From Cytophagaceae bacterium (GTDB lineage: Bacteria > Bacteroidota > Bacteroidia > Cytophagales > Spirosomataceae): DNA of 64,000 bases. Below, piece by piece: positions 22,591-31,345 of this stretch. Location: assembly GCA_947494535.1 (NCBI GenBank), contig CANLVU010000001.1, forward strand, positions 2,012-66,011, given 5' to 3'. Position 1 is the first letter of the stretch; the number at the start of each line of letters is the position of its first letter. Under the pieces are notes generated by a model. The model did no database searches and was not told the DNA's origin. It saw only the letters and a program-made list of their open reading frames with translations. Both the position numbers and the translations under genes were made by a program.

Positions 22591-23121
22591 ATGAAAAGAA
22601 TAGCCATTGATATGGATGACGTTTTAGCTAAAACAACACACGTCATCATTGATCGAATTAATCAACTAGTTGATAAAAATTATACCTACGAAGAGTTATT
22701 GAATGGCGATAAAACACTTAAAGAAGAGTTTTATGGTCATTATTTAGCAAATAATTCTTTCTTATGGGAACCTGGATTCTTTGAACACATACCAGTAAAT
22801 GAGGATGCCATAGAGGTGGTACGCAAATTATCTGAACGTTATGAAATATTTATTGTTTCTGCAGCTACAGAATTCCCAAATTCATTAAAAGAGAAATTAA
22901 CTTGGATGGATCAACATTTTCCATTCATCACTTGGAAACACATTGTTTTCTGTGGTCATAAACACATGATACAAGCGGATTACCTAATTGATGATCATGA
23001 AAAGAATCTGCATACTTTCACGGGCACCCCACTCTTATTTACTGCCCCGCACAATCTTCATATTAATGACTTTAAAAGAGTAAATAATTGGAAGGAAGTG
23101 GAAGGATTGTTGTTACATTAA
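22591..23121 (+). CDS. 5'(3')-deoxyribonucleotidase (NT5C, HAD superfamily)
   Basis: AIDMDDVL, FIVSAA, FCGHK and YLIDD motifs. Confidence 0.9.
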   Translation: MKRIAIDMDDVLAKTTHVIIDRINQLVDKNYTYEELLNGDKTLKEEFYGHYLANNSFLWEPGFFEHIPVNEDAIEVVRKLSERYEIFIVSAATEFPNSLKEKLTWMDQHFPFITWKHIVFCGHKHMIQADYLIDDHEKNLHTFTGTPLLFTAPHNLHINDFKRVNNWKEVEGLLLH

Positions 23122-24254
23122 TGAAAAAAGCCCGTTTTAGTATTGGTATTTTGTTTTTTATTTGTGGATTGAATTTTGCCACCTGGGCTACTCGTATTCC
23201 TGATTTTAAAGCCACACTACATCTTTCAGATGCTGAATTGGGCACCGTTTTAATGGGTTTGCCCATCGGTTCCTTAATTTCATTACCTATTGCAGGTTGG
23301 CTTTTAACAAAATATGCTTCCAGATGGATAACCCTAATAGCAGTGGTTATGTATGTAGTAGTCCTACCAAGCTTGGGCTTTTTAAGTTCTGCTTTAACCT
23401 TATTTATAGGTCTATTCTTCTTTGGAATGGCAGGTGATATAATGAATATTGCCATGAATACACAGGTGGTGAGTTTAGAAGCAAAAATGAACAAGATTAT
23501 CATGTCCTCCTTTCATGCCATATTTTCTATTGGTTTAATGGCGGGTGCCTTTTTAGGTGGGATTTTGGAAAAAGAAAGCTTCACAACTGAAGAGCATTTT
23601 AGCCTAATAGGATTGATGAATATCCTTATAATCCCTTTTAGTTTCCCAAATCTTTTAATTGATAAGCCTGTACAAGATGAAAGTAAACCTACCTCCTCTA
23701 TTTTTAACTTAGGGCCCTATTTAATCACCTTATCATTTATAGCTTTTTGTGGTATGTTATGCGAAGGAGCCATGGCAGATTGGATCTCTTTGTATTTCAA
23801 AGAATATAGTCCTAACTCCCCTTTTCCTATAACTATTGGATTTTCCTTCTTTGCCGCTGCAATGGTAGTAGGGCGTTTTCTAGGAGATACCCTATCTATG
23901 AAATACAAAATTTCTACAATTCTTATTTTTAATGGAATATTATTAAGCCTAGGAATGTTACTAACACTTCTTTTCCCCTCTATATACTTAAAAATTGTAG
24001 GCTGTTTTTTAACAGGTATTGGTATTTCTACAATGGTACCCTTAATCTATTCAGAGGCTGGAAATCAGAAGGAAATAATGCCCTCAATTGCGATTGCAGG
24101 CGTTTCAACAATTGCTTATATAGGCTTTTTATTAGGCCCTGTACTTATTGGTTATTTATCAGATTTCATTGGATTGGATAAAGCTTTGTATTTAATTGTT
24201 ATTTTAGGCTTTCTAGCTGCCTTTATTTCCAAAACTTGGGCCACAACGAAATGA
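23121..24254 (+). CDS. MFS transporter
   Basis: About 12 TMs; WATRIP, MSSFHA and EGAMADW. ATG 23121 overlaps the upstream stop (TAATG). Confidence 0.9.
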   Translation: MKKARFSIGILFFICGLNFATWATRIPDFKATLHLSDAELGTVLMGLPIGSLISLPIAGWLLTKYASRWITLIAVVMYVVVLPSLGFLSSALTLFIGLFFFGMAGDIMNIAMNTQVVSLEAKMNKIIMSSFHAIFSIGLMAGAFLGGILEKESFTTEEHFSLIGLMNILIIPFSFPNLLIDKPVQDESKPTSSIFNLGPYLITLSFIAFCGMLCEGAMADWISLYFKEYSPNSPFPITIGFSFFAAAMVVGRFLGDTLSMKYKISTILIFNGILLSLGMLLTLLFPSIYLKIVGCFLTGIGISTMVPLIYSEAGNQKEIMPSIAIAGVSTIAYIGFLLGPVLIGYLSDFIGLDKALYLIVILGFLAAFISKTWATTK

Positions 24255-24355
24255 TTATCGAACAGTGTAAATCTTTAGAATAATTACATAAATGTCCCTT
24301 TTAACAAGTATAATTCCTCAAAAATTTCTAAATTCTATCTGAAACAAATATTACT

Positions 24356-25663
24356 ATGAATAAACATGTTATTTTTTGGTCCATCACCGTAGGTTTAGGT
24401 GGACTCCTATTTGGGATGGACGTTGCTGTTATTTCTGGTGCAGAACTCGCAATACAACAATTATGGAAGCTAGATTCTTTCACCCACGGTTTAGCCATAG
24501 CAGCGGCTCTTTATGGTACTGTGATAGGTGCAGCATTAGGAGGAATTCCTGCAGATTTATTTGGACGTAAGAAAACATTGTTCTGGATTGGTTTAAGCTT
24601 CTTTATCTCCTCCATAGGGGCGGCAATTGCACCTGATGTCAATTCATTTATGTTGTTTCGCTTTTTAGGTGGACTAGGAATAGGTGCTTCATCTGTGGTG
24701 GCCCCTATTTATATATCAGAAATAGCGCCTGCGAAGCACCGAGGGAAATTGGTAATATCATTCCAATTAAACATTGTTTTAGGTATTTTAATCGCCTATG
24801 TCTCTAATTACTTTATCCAAGGGATGGAGAATGATTGGCGGATTATGTTAGGTGTAGTATCACTTCCTTCCCTATTATTCTCTATATTAATATTATTAAC
24901 TCCAGAAACACCGCAATTTTTATTACTAAAGCGGAATGATTTAGAAGGAGCTCGCAAAGTCTTGGAATTAGCTGATCCTAATCCCGAGGAGACGATTCAG
25001 CGTATTCAAAATAATGCAAAACAAAGTACCGAAAAGGAACGCTTGTTCTCTGGTAAGTTTGTTTGGCCATTAACCTTAGCTTTTCTGTTTGCCTTTTTTA
25101 ACCAAATGTCAGGAATCAACGCAATTATCTATTATGCGCCGAGAATCTACGAGCTAACAGGTTTAGGTACTGAGAGTGCTTTACTTTCTACGGCTGGAAT
25201 TGGTATTGCAAACTTGTTATTCACCTTATTAGGATGGTATTTGATTGATCGTGTGGGTCGAAGAATTTTAATGTTTATTGGTTCTATTGGGTATATTATT
25301 ACGCTTAGTTTAATTGCTCATGCCTTTTATACCGAATCGTATACGTTTGTTCCGATTTACATATTTGCTTTCATAGCGTCTCACGCCATAGGACAAGGAT
25401 CGGTTATATGGGTGTTCATCTCGGAGATATTCCCTAATTCTGTGCGTGCCTCTGGAATGGCTTGGGGATCTTTAACACATTGGGTGTTTGCTGCTTTGGT
25501 AGCTAATTTCTTTCCTTTGTTTACAGAAAGTTATGGGGGTACTCTTATTTTCGGCTTTTTCGCCGTAATGATGGTCGCTCAACTAGCTTACGTTGCCTTT
25601 ATGATGCCAGAAACAAAAGGAGCTAATTTGGAAGATATTGAAAAACAGGTAATTATGCATTAA
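24356..25663 (+). CDS. Sugar porter family MFS transporter
   Basis: GGLLFGMD, GRKKTL, YISEIAP, QMSGINAIIYY, SEIFP and PETKG motifs. Confidence 0.94.
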   Translation: MNKHVIFWSITVGLGGLLFGMDVAVISGAELAIQQLWKLDSFTHGLAIAAALYGTVIGAALGGIPADLFGRKKTLFWIGLSFFISSIGAAIAPDVNSFMLFRFLGGLGIGASSVVAPIYISEIAPAKHRGKLVISFQLNIVLGILIAYVSNYFIQGMENDWRIMLGVVSLPSLLFSILILLTPETPQFLLLKRNDLEGARKVLELADPNPEETIQRIQNNAKQSTEKERLFSGKFVWPLTLAFLFAFFNQMSGINAIIYYAPRIYELTGLGTESALLSTAGIGIANLLFTLLGWYLIDRVGRRILMFIGSIGYIITLSLIAHAFYTESYTFVPIYIFAFIASHAIGQGSVIWVFISEIFPNSVRASGMAWGSLTHWVFAALVANFFPLFTESYGGTLIFGFFAVMMVAQLAYVAFMMPETKGANLEDIEKQVIMH

Positions 25664-25673
25664 CGGTTTTCTT

Positions 25674-26681
25674 ATGATATATTTTGATCCTAAGAGTAGC
25701 AAACCTAAATACCAGCAATTGATTGATGGTATTATTGATGGAATTAACTCCGGCTTATTAGAGCACGGGAAACAATTACCGTCTATAAATAAGGTGGCTA
25801 ATAATTTTAATATGGCACGTATGACCGTTACGAAAGCCTATGATGATTTGCGTGAAAAAGGATTGATCAGTTCCCATCACGGCAAGGGATTCTATGTTTC
25901 AAGTACAAATACAAAAAATGCCTTGCGCGTATTCATATTAATGGATGCATTAACTCCCTACAAGGAAATTTTGTACGAAAGTATCATCCAAAATTTAGGA
26001 GAAGATGTAAGTCATAACTTATTTTTCCACTACCATAATTTCGAATTGTTTGAAGAGTTAATTACGAACAATTTGGGAAAATACAACCATTACATCATCC
26101 TGCCCCATTTTAATAAAAGTGTTGCTAAAATCGTTTCAAAAGTCCATAAAGACAAACTGTTAGTGTTGGATATTGATATCAAGGAATTTAATGATGATTA
26201 TTCGATTCTCTACCAAAATTTCGAATCCAATATTCACCAAGGACTCACTGCCTCAGTAGATAAAGTCAAAAAATACCAGCAGATCAACTTAGTTTTAAGC
26301 TCAAAAAGCTTCCAATATACACCAGACGGCATCATTCAAGGTTTTACCCAATTCTGCACAGAAAACGAACTAGAATTTGATATAATTCCTGATCTGGATG
26401 ATGACTATGAATTACAGGTTAATCAAGCCTATATCGTCTTTAGAGAGTACGATCTGATCAAGATGATTAACTGGACGGCTAAGAACAAATTAAAAGTCGG
26501 CAAAGATATTGGTATTATATCCTACGATGATACGCCTTTAAAAGAAATCATTGCGGAAGGCATATCCGTTATCTCGAATGACTTTAAGAAAATGGGAGAG
26601 CGAGCTGCGGGGATGATTATACATCGGGAAAGAGGTCGCGAATCGAATGAATTCTATTTTATCGACCGCGGATCCCTATAA
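25674..26681 (+). CDS. GntR-HTH regulator with LacI-type periplasmic-binding-like effector domain
   Basis: PKYQQL..LPSIN..MTVTKAY..GKGFYV; C-terminal DIGIISYDDT. Confidence 0.9.
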   Translation: MIYFDPKSSKPKYQQLIDGIIDGINSGLLEHGKQLPSINKVANNFNMARMTVTKAYDDLREKGLISSHHGKGFYVSSTNTKNALRVFILMDALTPYKEILYESIIQNLGEDVSHNLFFHYHNFELFEELITNNLGKYNHYIILPHFNKSVAKIVSKVHKDKLLVLDIDIKEFNDDYSILYQNFESNIHQGLTASVDKVKKYQQINLVLSSKSFQYTPDGIIQGFTQFCTENELEFDIIPDLDDDYELQVNQAYIVFREYDLIKMINWTAKNKLKVGKDIGIISYDDTPLKEIIAEGISVISNDFKKMGERAAGMIIHRERGRESNEFYFIDRGSL

Positions 26682-27128
26682 ATCTAAATGCACATTTAGC
26701 CAACCAGCATCCATCTTAACGCCTAAAGTATTGTAGAAATCGATGGCTGGCTGATTCCAATCCAACACTTGCCACATCATTCCAGTGCATTTAGTACGCT
26801 TTGCTTCTTCAATTGCTTCCATAATCAAGCGCTTACCTAATCCTTTACCACGGAAACTCTCCTTAATGTACAAATCCTCTAAGTAGAAGCGTCTACCCTT
26901 CCAGGTGGAGAAACGGTAATACCATAGAGAGAAGCCGCCTAATTCACCATTCAAGTAAATCAAGTTAGCAAAGAATAAAGGATTCTCAGAAAATCCTCCT
27001 TCCAGATAGTCATCAATGGTGGAACTAACTTCTTCGGGAGCCTTTTCAAAGATGGCTAGCTCCATCACTAAATCACGTACTAATACGATATCTTCTTTTG
27101 TTGCTCTGCGTATTTCTATATTATCCAT
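26676..27128 (-). CDS. GNAT N-acetyltransferase (spermidine/spermine acetyltransferase-like)
   Basis: ELAIFEK, FSTWKG, YLEDLY, RGKGLG and VLDWNQPAIDFY motifs. Confidence 0.88.
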   Translation of the reverse strand: MDNIEIRRATKEDIVLVRDLVMELAIFEKAPEEVSSTIDDYLEGGFSENPLFFANLIYLNGELGGFSLWYYRFSTWKGRRFYLEDLYIKESFRGKGLGKRLIMEAIEEAKRTKCTGMMWQVLDWNQPAIDFYNTLGVKMDAGWLNVHLDL

Positions 27129-28152
27129 TGATAGCTCTGAGTTTAGTTAATAGCGATAAAAAGTCTTCCGGGAAATCCTGCTCAAACTGCATAAATTCAT
27201 TCGTAGTCGGATGAATAAACCCTAACGAATAGGCATGCAAAGCTTGGCGAGGACAAATCTTAAAGGCATTATCAATAAATGACTTATAACTAGCCATAGT
27301 CGACATATAGCGTATTTTATCTCCACCATAGGTAGCATCTGAAAACAAAGGATGCCCAATGGATTGGAAATGCGCTCTGATTTGATGTGTTCTCCCTGTT
27401 TCTAATTTAAATCGTACAAAGGAAGCAAATCCAAAGGATTCTACTACTTCATAATGTGTAATCGCAATTCTCCCGTGCTCAGAATCCTCCGAAAAAATAG
27501 CTTGAATCTTTCGGTCTTTCGGACTTCTACCGATCTTACTGCGTATGGTCCCTTTTAATTCTTTTGGAACACCCCAGCAAATAGCATAATACGTTCTTTC
27601 GATGGTATGTTCAAAAAATTGCTGACCTAAAAAATTAAGGGCAAATTCGGTTTTACCAATAACTAGAATACCAGAGGTATCCTTATCGATTCGATGTACT
27701 AAACCGGGTCGGATATCCTTTTGACCTGGAAGATTTTGGCAATGAAACAACAGACCATTGACTAGAGTACCAGACCAATTCCCTTGAGCTGGATGAACGA
27801 CCATACCAGGCGATTTGTTCACTAAAATAAGTTGATCGTCTTCGTAAATAATATCAATTGGAATATCTTCCGGATAAACCTCCTTATCACGTGGAGGATT
27901 TGCAAATGAAACCGATATCGCATCTAAAGGCTTTACGCGGTAATTAGACTTGATCAACCCTCCATTTACCTTAACAGAACCTGCATCGATACCTACTTGA
28001 ATCCTATTGCGACTTGTACCCGCAATTTTAATCATCAAATATTTGTCGATTCTGAGTAATTGCTGACCTTTGTCAACGGTGAAATTAAAATGCTCAAATA
28101 AATCGTCTTCCTCTTCGGAATCAGGAGCATTCATTTCTGGATCGATGGACAT
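27121..28152 (-). CDS. rluD: RluA/RluD family pseudouridine synthase with S4 domain
   Basis: RIDKYL, NKSPGMVVHP, HRIDKDTSG, ETGRTHQIR and QALHA motifs. Confidence 0.92.
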   Translation of the reverse strand: MSIDPEMNAPDSEEEDDLFEHFNFTVDKGQQLLRIDKYLMIKIAGTSRNRIQVGIDAGSVKVNGGLIKSNYRVKPLDAISVSFANPPRDKEVYPEDIPIDIIYEDDQLILVNKSPGMVVHPAQGNWSGTLVNGLLFHCQNLPGQKDIRPGLVHRIDKDTSGILVIGKTEFALNFLGQQFFEHTIERTYYAICWGVPKELKGTIRSKIGRSPKDRKIQAIFSEDSEHGRIAITHYEVVESFGFASFVRFKLETGRTHQIRAHFQSIGHPLFSDATYGGDKIRYMSTMASYKSFIDNAFKICPRQALHAYSLGFIHPTTNEFMQFEQDFPEDFLSLLTKLRAING

Positions 28153-28984
28153 AGCAAATTTTGAATTTAACGCGTTACACTTACCTTCTCCGATAGAAGA
28201 AATCTATGATGAATGCTGGAATTCAAAAGGAATTCAAGTGTTTGTCAAAAGAGATGACCTCATCCATCCTATCATATCAGGAAATAAGTGGCGTAAATTA
28301 AAAAATTATCTCCAAACCTTCTCATTTAACACACATTCTGGCCTATTAAGTTTTGGTGGAGCTTATTCAAATCATCTCTATGCCCTCGCCTTTACTGGTC
28401 ATTCGCTAGGAATCCCAACAGTTGGAATCATTAGAGGGGACGAATTAAACATAGAGAGTAATCCCTTTTTAACCAAAATGAATGAATGGGGCATGAAATT
28501 GCAATTTATCTCGAGAACGGACTATCGGATGAAACCCATTCCTGCTGAATTTGAGTCATATCAAGTAATTGCAGAGGGTGGATTTGGAAGGTTAGCTATG
28601 CAAGGCATGGAAGATTTAGTAAACGAACTGCCTGAACATGATTTAATTTACACCGCAATAGGTACCGGAGCAACGGCTATTGGAGTAGCAAATTACTCTA
28701 ACAAACCAGTCGTGGGCGTCTTGACATTAAATAATAAAACTGAAATAGAGGAGCATAAGCTTCCGGCTAATTTAGCCATTGAGGATGCTTATGTCTTTGG
28801 AAAATATGCCAAACAGAACCACGAGTTAGATCAATTTTGTGCTGATTTTTATGTGAAACATCAAATACCTATTGAGCCCATTTATACGGGACGTATGTTC
28901 TACGCTTTGATTGAACATATAAAAAATGGCCACATAGCTCCCAATACGAAACTAGTGGCCATCCATACCGGAGGAGTTAAATAA
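28145..28984 (+). CDS. ACC deaminase / D-cysteine desulfhydrase family PLP enzyme
   Basis: KRDDL, SGNKWRKL, GGAYSNH, EPIYTG and HTGG motifs. The likely start is ATG 28145, not 28070. Confidence 0.88.
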   Translation: MDIANFEFNALHLPSPIEEIYDECWNSKGIQVFVKRDDLIHPIISGNKWRKLKNYLQTFSFNTHSGLLSFGGAYSNHLYALAFTGHSLGIPTVGIIRGDELNIESNPFLTKMNEWGMKLQFISRTDYRMKPIPAEFESYQVIAEGGFGRLAMQGMEDLVNELPEHDLIYTAIGTGATAIGVANYSNKPVVGVLTLNNKTEIEEHKLPANLAIEDAYVFGKYAKQNHELDQFCADFYVKHQIPIEPIYTGRMFYALIEHIKNGHIAPNTKLVAIHTGGVK

Positions 28985-28985
28985 A

Positions 28986-30434
28986 TTACCCTACCGAACC
29001 TTCTAATGAAATAGCCAAAAGCTTTTGCGCTTCAACAGCAAATTCCATTGGTAATTGTTTCAACACTTCTTTGGCATATCCATTCACGATCAAAGCCACA
29101 GCCGTCTCAGTACTCAATCCGCGCTGATTACAATAAAAAATTTGATCCTCGCCAATTTTTGAAGTAGTAGCTTCATGTTCCACAGACGACGTATTGTTTT
29201 TAACCTCTAGGTATGGAAATGTATGTGCACCACACTTATCCCCTAATAAAAGGGAATCACATTGAGAGAAATTCTTAGATCCATCCGCTTTTCTAGCCAC
29301 TTGAACCAGACCACGGTACGAATTTTGAGAGAATCCTGCTGAAATACCTTTTGATACAATGCGCGACTTTGAATGCTTCCCTAAGTGAATCATTTTAGTC
29401 CCGGTATCAGCTTGTTGATAATTATTAGTTACAGCAACTGAATAGAATTCACCGATTGAATAATCACCCTTTAAGATAACTGAAGGATATTTCCATGTTA
29501 CCGCTGAACCTGTCTCCACCTGAGTCCATGACAATTTCGAATGAGCCCCATCACAAATTCCCCGCTTGGTTACGAAATTATAAATACCGCCCTTCCCTTC
29601 TTTATCACCAGGATACCAGTTCTGTACGGTGGAATATTTCACTTCTGCACCTGCATGAACATAAATTTCTACCACTGCAGCGTGTAATTGATTCTCATCG
29701 CGCATGGGAGCAGTACAACCCTCTAAATAGGAAACATAAGATTCATCTTCAGCAACGATTAAGGTACGTTCGAATTGACCTGTACCTGAAGCATTAATAC
29801 GGAAATAAGTAGATAATTCCATCGGGCAACGAACGCCTTTAGGGATATAACAAAAGGATCCATCAGAAAAAACCGCGCTATTCAAAGCTGCAAAATAATT
29901 ATCCTTTACTGGAACTACTGAGCCCAGGTATTTCTTAATTAACTCAGGATACTCTCTTACAGCCTCAGAAATAGAGCAAAAAATAACTCCTTTTTCTAGC
30001 AAAGTTTCTTTAAACGTGGTTGCAACTGAAACGGAGTCAATAACGGCATCCACCGCAACATTAGAAAGTCGTTTTTGTTCGTCTAATGAAATACCTAATT
30101 TCTCAAAAGTTCGCCGCAATTCTGGATCTATTTCATCCAATGAATTCAATTGCTTTTTTTGAACTGGAGCAGAATAATACTTTAACTCATCGTATTTCGT
30201 AGGGGTATATAATAAATTAGCCCAATCTGGTTCAGCTAATGTTCTCCAGTAACGGTAAGCGGATAATCGCCATTCCAACATCCAATCGGGTTCATTCTTT
30301 TTCTCCGAAATAAAATGAATGATTGATTCACTTAAACCTATAGGAGCTTCATCTGTCTCGAAATGAGACTCAAACCCGTACTTATAATCGGTTGAAGTTA
30401 CTTCTTGTAAAATATCATCTACTTTCTCTGCCAT
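28986..30434 (-). CDS. sufB: Fe-S cluster assembly protein SufB
   Basis: [34 protein letters not shown] and EHEATTSKI motifs. Confidence 0.98.
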   Translation of the reverse strand: MAEKVDDILQEVTSTDYKYGFESHFETDEAPIGLSESIIHFISEKKNEPDWMLEWRLSAYRYWRTLAEPDWANLLYTPTKYDELKYYSAPVQKKQLNSLDEIDPELRRTFEKLGISLDEQKRLSNVAVDAVIDSVSVATTFKETLLEKGVIFCSISEAVREYPELIKKYLGSVVPVKDNYFAALNSAVFSDGSFCYIPKGVRCPMELSTYFRINASGTGQFERTLIVAEDESYVSYLEGCTAPMRDENQLHAAVVEIYVHAGAEVKYSTVQNWYPGDKEGKGGIYNFVTKRGICDGAHSKLSWTQVETGSAVTWKYPSVILKGDYSIGEFYSVAVTNNYQQADTGTKMIHLGKHSKSRIVSKGISAGFSQNSYRGLVQVARKADGSKNFSQCDSLLLGDKCGAHTFPYLEVKNNTSSVEHEATTSKIGEDQIFYCNQRGLSTETAVALIVNGYAKEVLKQLPMEFAVEAQKLLAISLEGSVG

Positions 30435-30452
30435 TATATTGCATTTAGATTA

Positions 30453-30460
30453 CAAAATTA
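30453..30460 (-). promoter_or_regulatory. -7 element TAATTTTG for sufB
   Basis: TAnnTTTG on the minus strand about 19 nt upstream of the start. Confidence 0.65.
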
Positions 30461-30489
30461 CAAAAGGATTTTGGAGAAAAATAGACTTA

Positions 30490-30508
30490 ATTTAGAATAA
30501 ATCTAAAC
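30490..30508. promoter_or_regulatory. Palindromic operator ATTTAGAATAAATCTAAAC, candidate Fur box
   Basis: TTTAGA-N5-TCTAAA inverted repeat upstream of an Fe-S gene. Confidence 0.6.
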
Positions 30509-30510
30509 AA

Positions 30511-30975
30511 CTACAATAAAGGTGTATTTCTGATTAGACTTTCTTCAAGAGATATAAAGGTTTCAGTTCGTTGAATACCAGTAACACGTTGAATTTTGTC
30601 GTGTAATACTTCGCGCAAATGCTGCGTATCCCGGCAGATAATTTTAGCAAAAATAGAGTAAATACCAGTCGTATAATGAATATTAACGATTTCCGGAATT
30701 TGCTCTAATTGCTTAGCCACATCTTCGTATAGACTACTTTTATCTAAATAAATACCTAAAAATGCAGTAATATCCCATCCTATTTTAGAATAATCAATTA
30801 ACAGTTGTGCCCCTTTAACAATTCCTAAGGATTCCATCTTTTTCATTCGAACGTGAACAGTTCCCCCTGAAACGTCAAGACGTGTGCCAATCTCAGTGTA
30901 AGGCAAATTCGCGTCTTTTACTAAAATTTCGAGTATTTTATAATCTAAAGGATCAAGCTCAAACTTCTTTTCCAT
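30511..30975 (-). CDS. asnC: Lrp/AsnC family transcriptional regulator (AsnC-like)
   Basis: LDPLDYKIL..PYTEIG..VSGGTVHVRMKKM..GI, HYTTGIYSIF, LHDKIQ and TETFISL, which closely resemble E. coli AsnC. Confidence 0.85.
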   Translation of the reverse strand: MEKKFELDPLDYKILEILVKDANLPYTEIGTRLDVSGGTVHVRMKKMESLGIVKGAQLLIDYSKIGWDITAFLGIYLDKSSLYEDVAKQLEQIPEIVNIHYTTGIYSIFAKIICRDTQHLREVLHDKIQRVTGIQRTETFISLEESLIRNTPLL

Positions 30976-31034
30976 TGAATTTTCGTAATTATTTTCGGTT
31001 CAAATTAAAAATTATGCAAAAAAAGGCAATTATT

Positions 31035-31066
31035 TTTGAAAAAATTAAAATCTCCTTTTATATTTG
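31035..31066 (+). promoter_or_regulatory. Bacteroidota housekeeping promoter driving the tRNA-like RNA
   Basis: TTTG (31035-38), 20-nt spacer, TATATTTG (31059-66). Confidence 0.75.
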
Positions 31067-31081
31067 TCATATCAATTACTG

Positions 31082-31089
31082 CAAAGGTA
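31082..31089 (-). promoter_or_regulatory. Candidate -7 element TACCTTTG for asnC
   Basis: TAnnTTTG on the minus strand upstream of asnC. Confidence 0.5.
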
Positions 31090-31100
31090 GTAATTTTCAC

Positions 31101-31243
31101 TGTAGGGTGATGAAATTGGCAGACGTGCCCTCCTGTCTCGGGGGTGGTGAGTTCAGGATAAACACGGCATAATGGGTTGACCACTAAATCAGTTCTGTGT
31201 CGAGGCTAACTGCATCTTGGAGGTTCGAATCCTTCTCCTACAG
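31101..31243 (+). ncRNA. tRNA-like RNA with Asp (GUC) anticodon and 74-nt variable arm
   Basis: Acceptor TGTAGGG/TCCTACA plus G; D-arm ATG-AAATTGGCAGA-CGT; anticodon arm CCCTC-CTGTCTC-GGGGG; T-arm GGAGG-TTCGAAT-CCTTC. Confidence 0.85.
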
Positions 31244-31289
31244 CATTTTAATTTATTTGGTTTTTAGTTTGTTGATGAAGTGTAATGTT

Positions 31290-31320
31290 AAAAGCAATCC
31301 TATTTTAGGATTGCTTTTTT
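31290..31320 (+). terminator. Intrinsic terminator downstream of the tRNA-like RNA
   Basis: AAAAGCAATCCTA-TTT-TAGGATTGCTTTT hairpin plus T run. Confidence 0.88.
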
Positions 31321-31337
31321 ATTGTTTTTAAAATCTA

Positions 31338-31345
31338 TATATTTG
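31338..31345 (+). promoter_or_regulatory. -7 element TATATTTG for the peroxiredoxin gene
   Basis: TAnnTTTG 37 nt before the start. Confidence 0.65.

Noticed and set aside
30882-31172. 96-aa plus-strand ORF
   Set aside because: It overlaps asnC antisense, the promoters and the tRNA-like RNA, has no protein motif, and is better explained by the RNA gene.
31145-31218. Group I/II intron or integrated element in a tRNA-Asp
   Set aside because: 74 nt is far too short for a self-splicing intron, it is not in the anticodon loop, and there is no integrase or duplicated tRNA 3' end. Removal by an unknown route is not excluded.
31101-31243. tmRNA, tRNA-Sec, Y RNA (YrlA) or T-box element
   Set aside because: It has a full D-arm and anticodon arm with no tag ORF or G3-U70; the anticodon is not UCA; no rsr/rtcB gene is nearby; and it has no T-box antiterminator motif.
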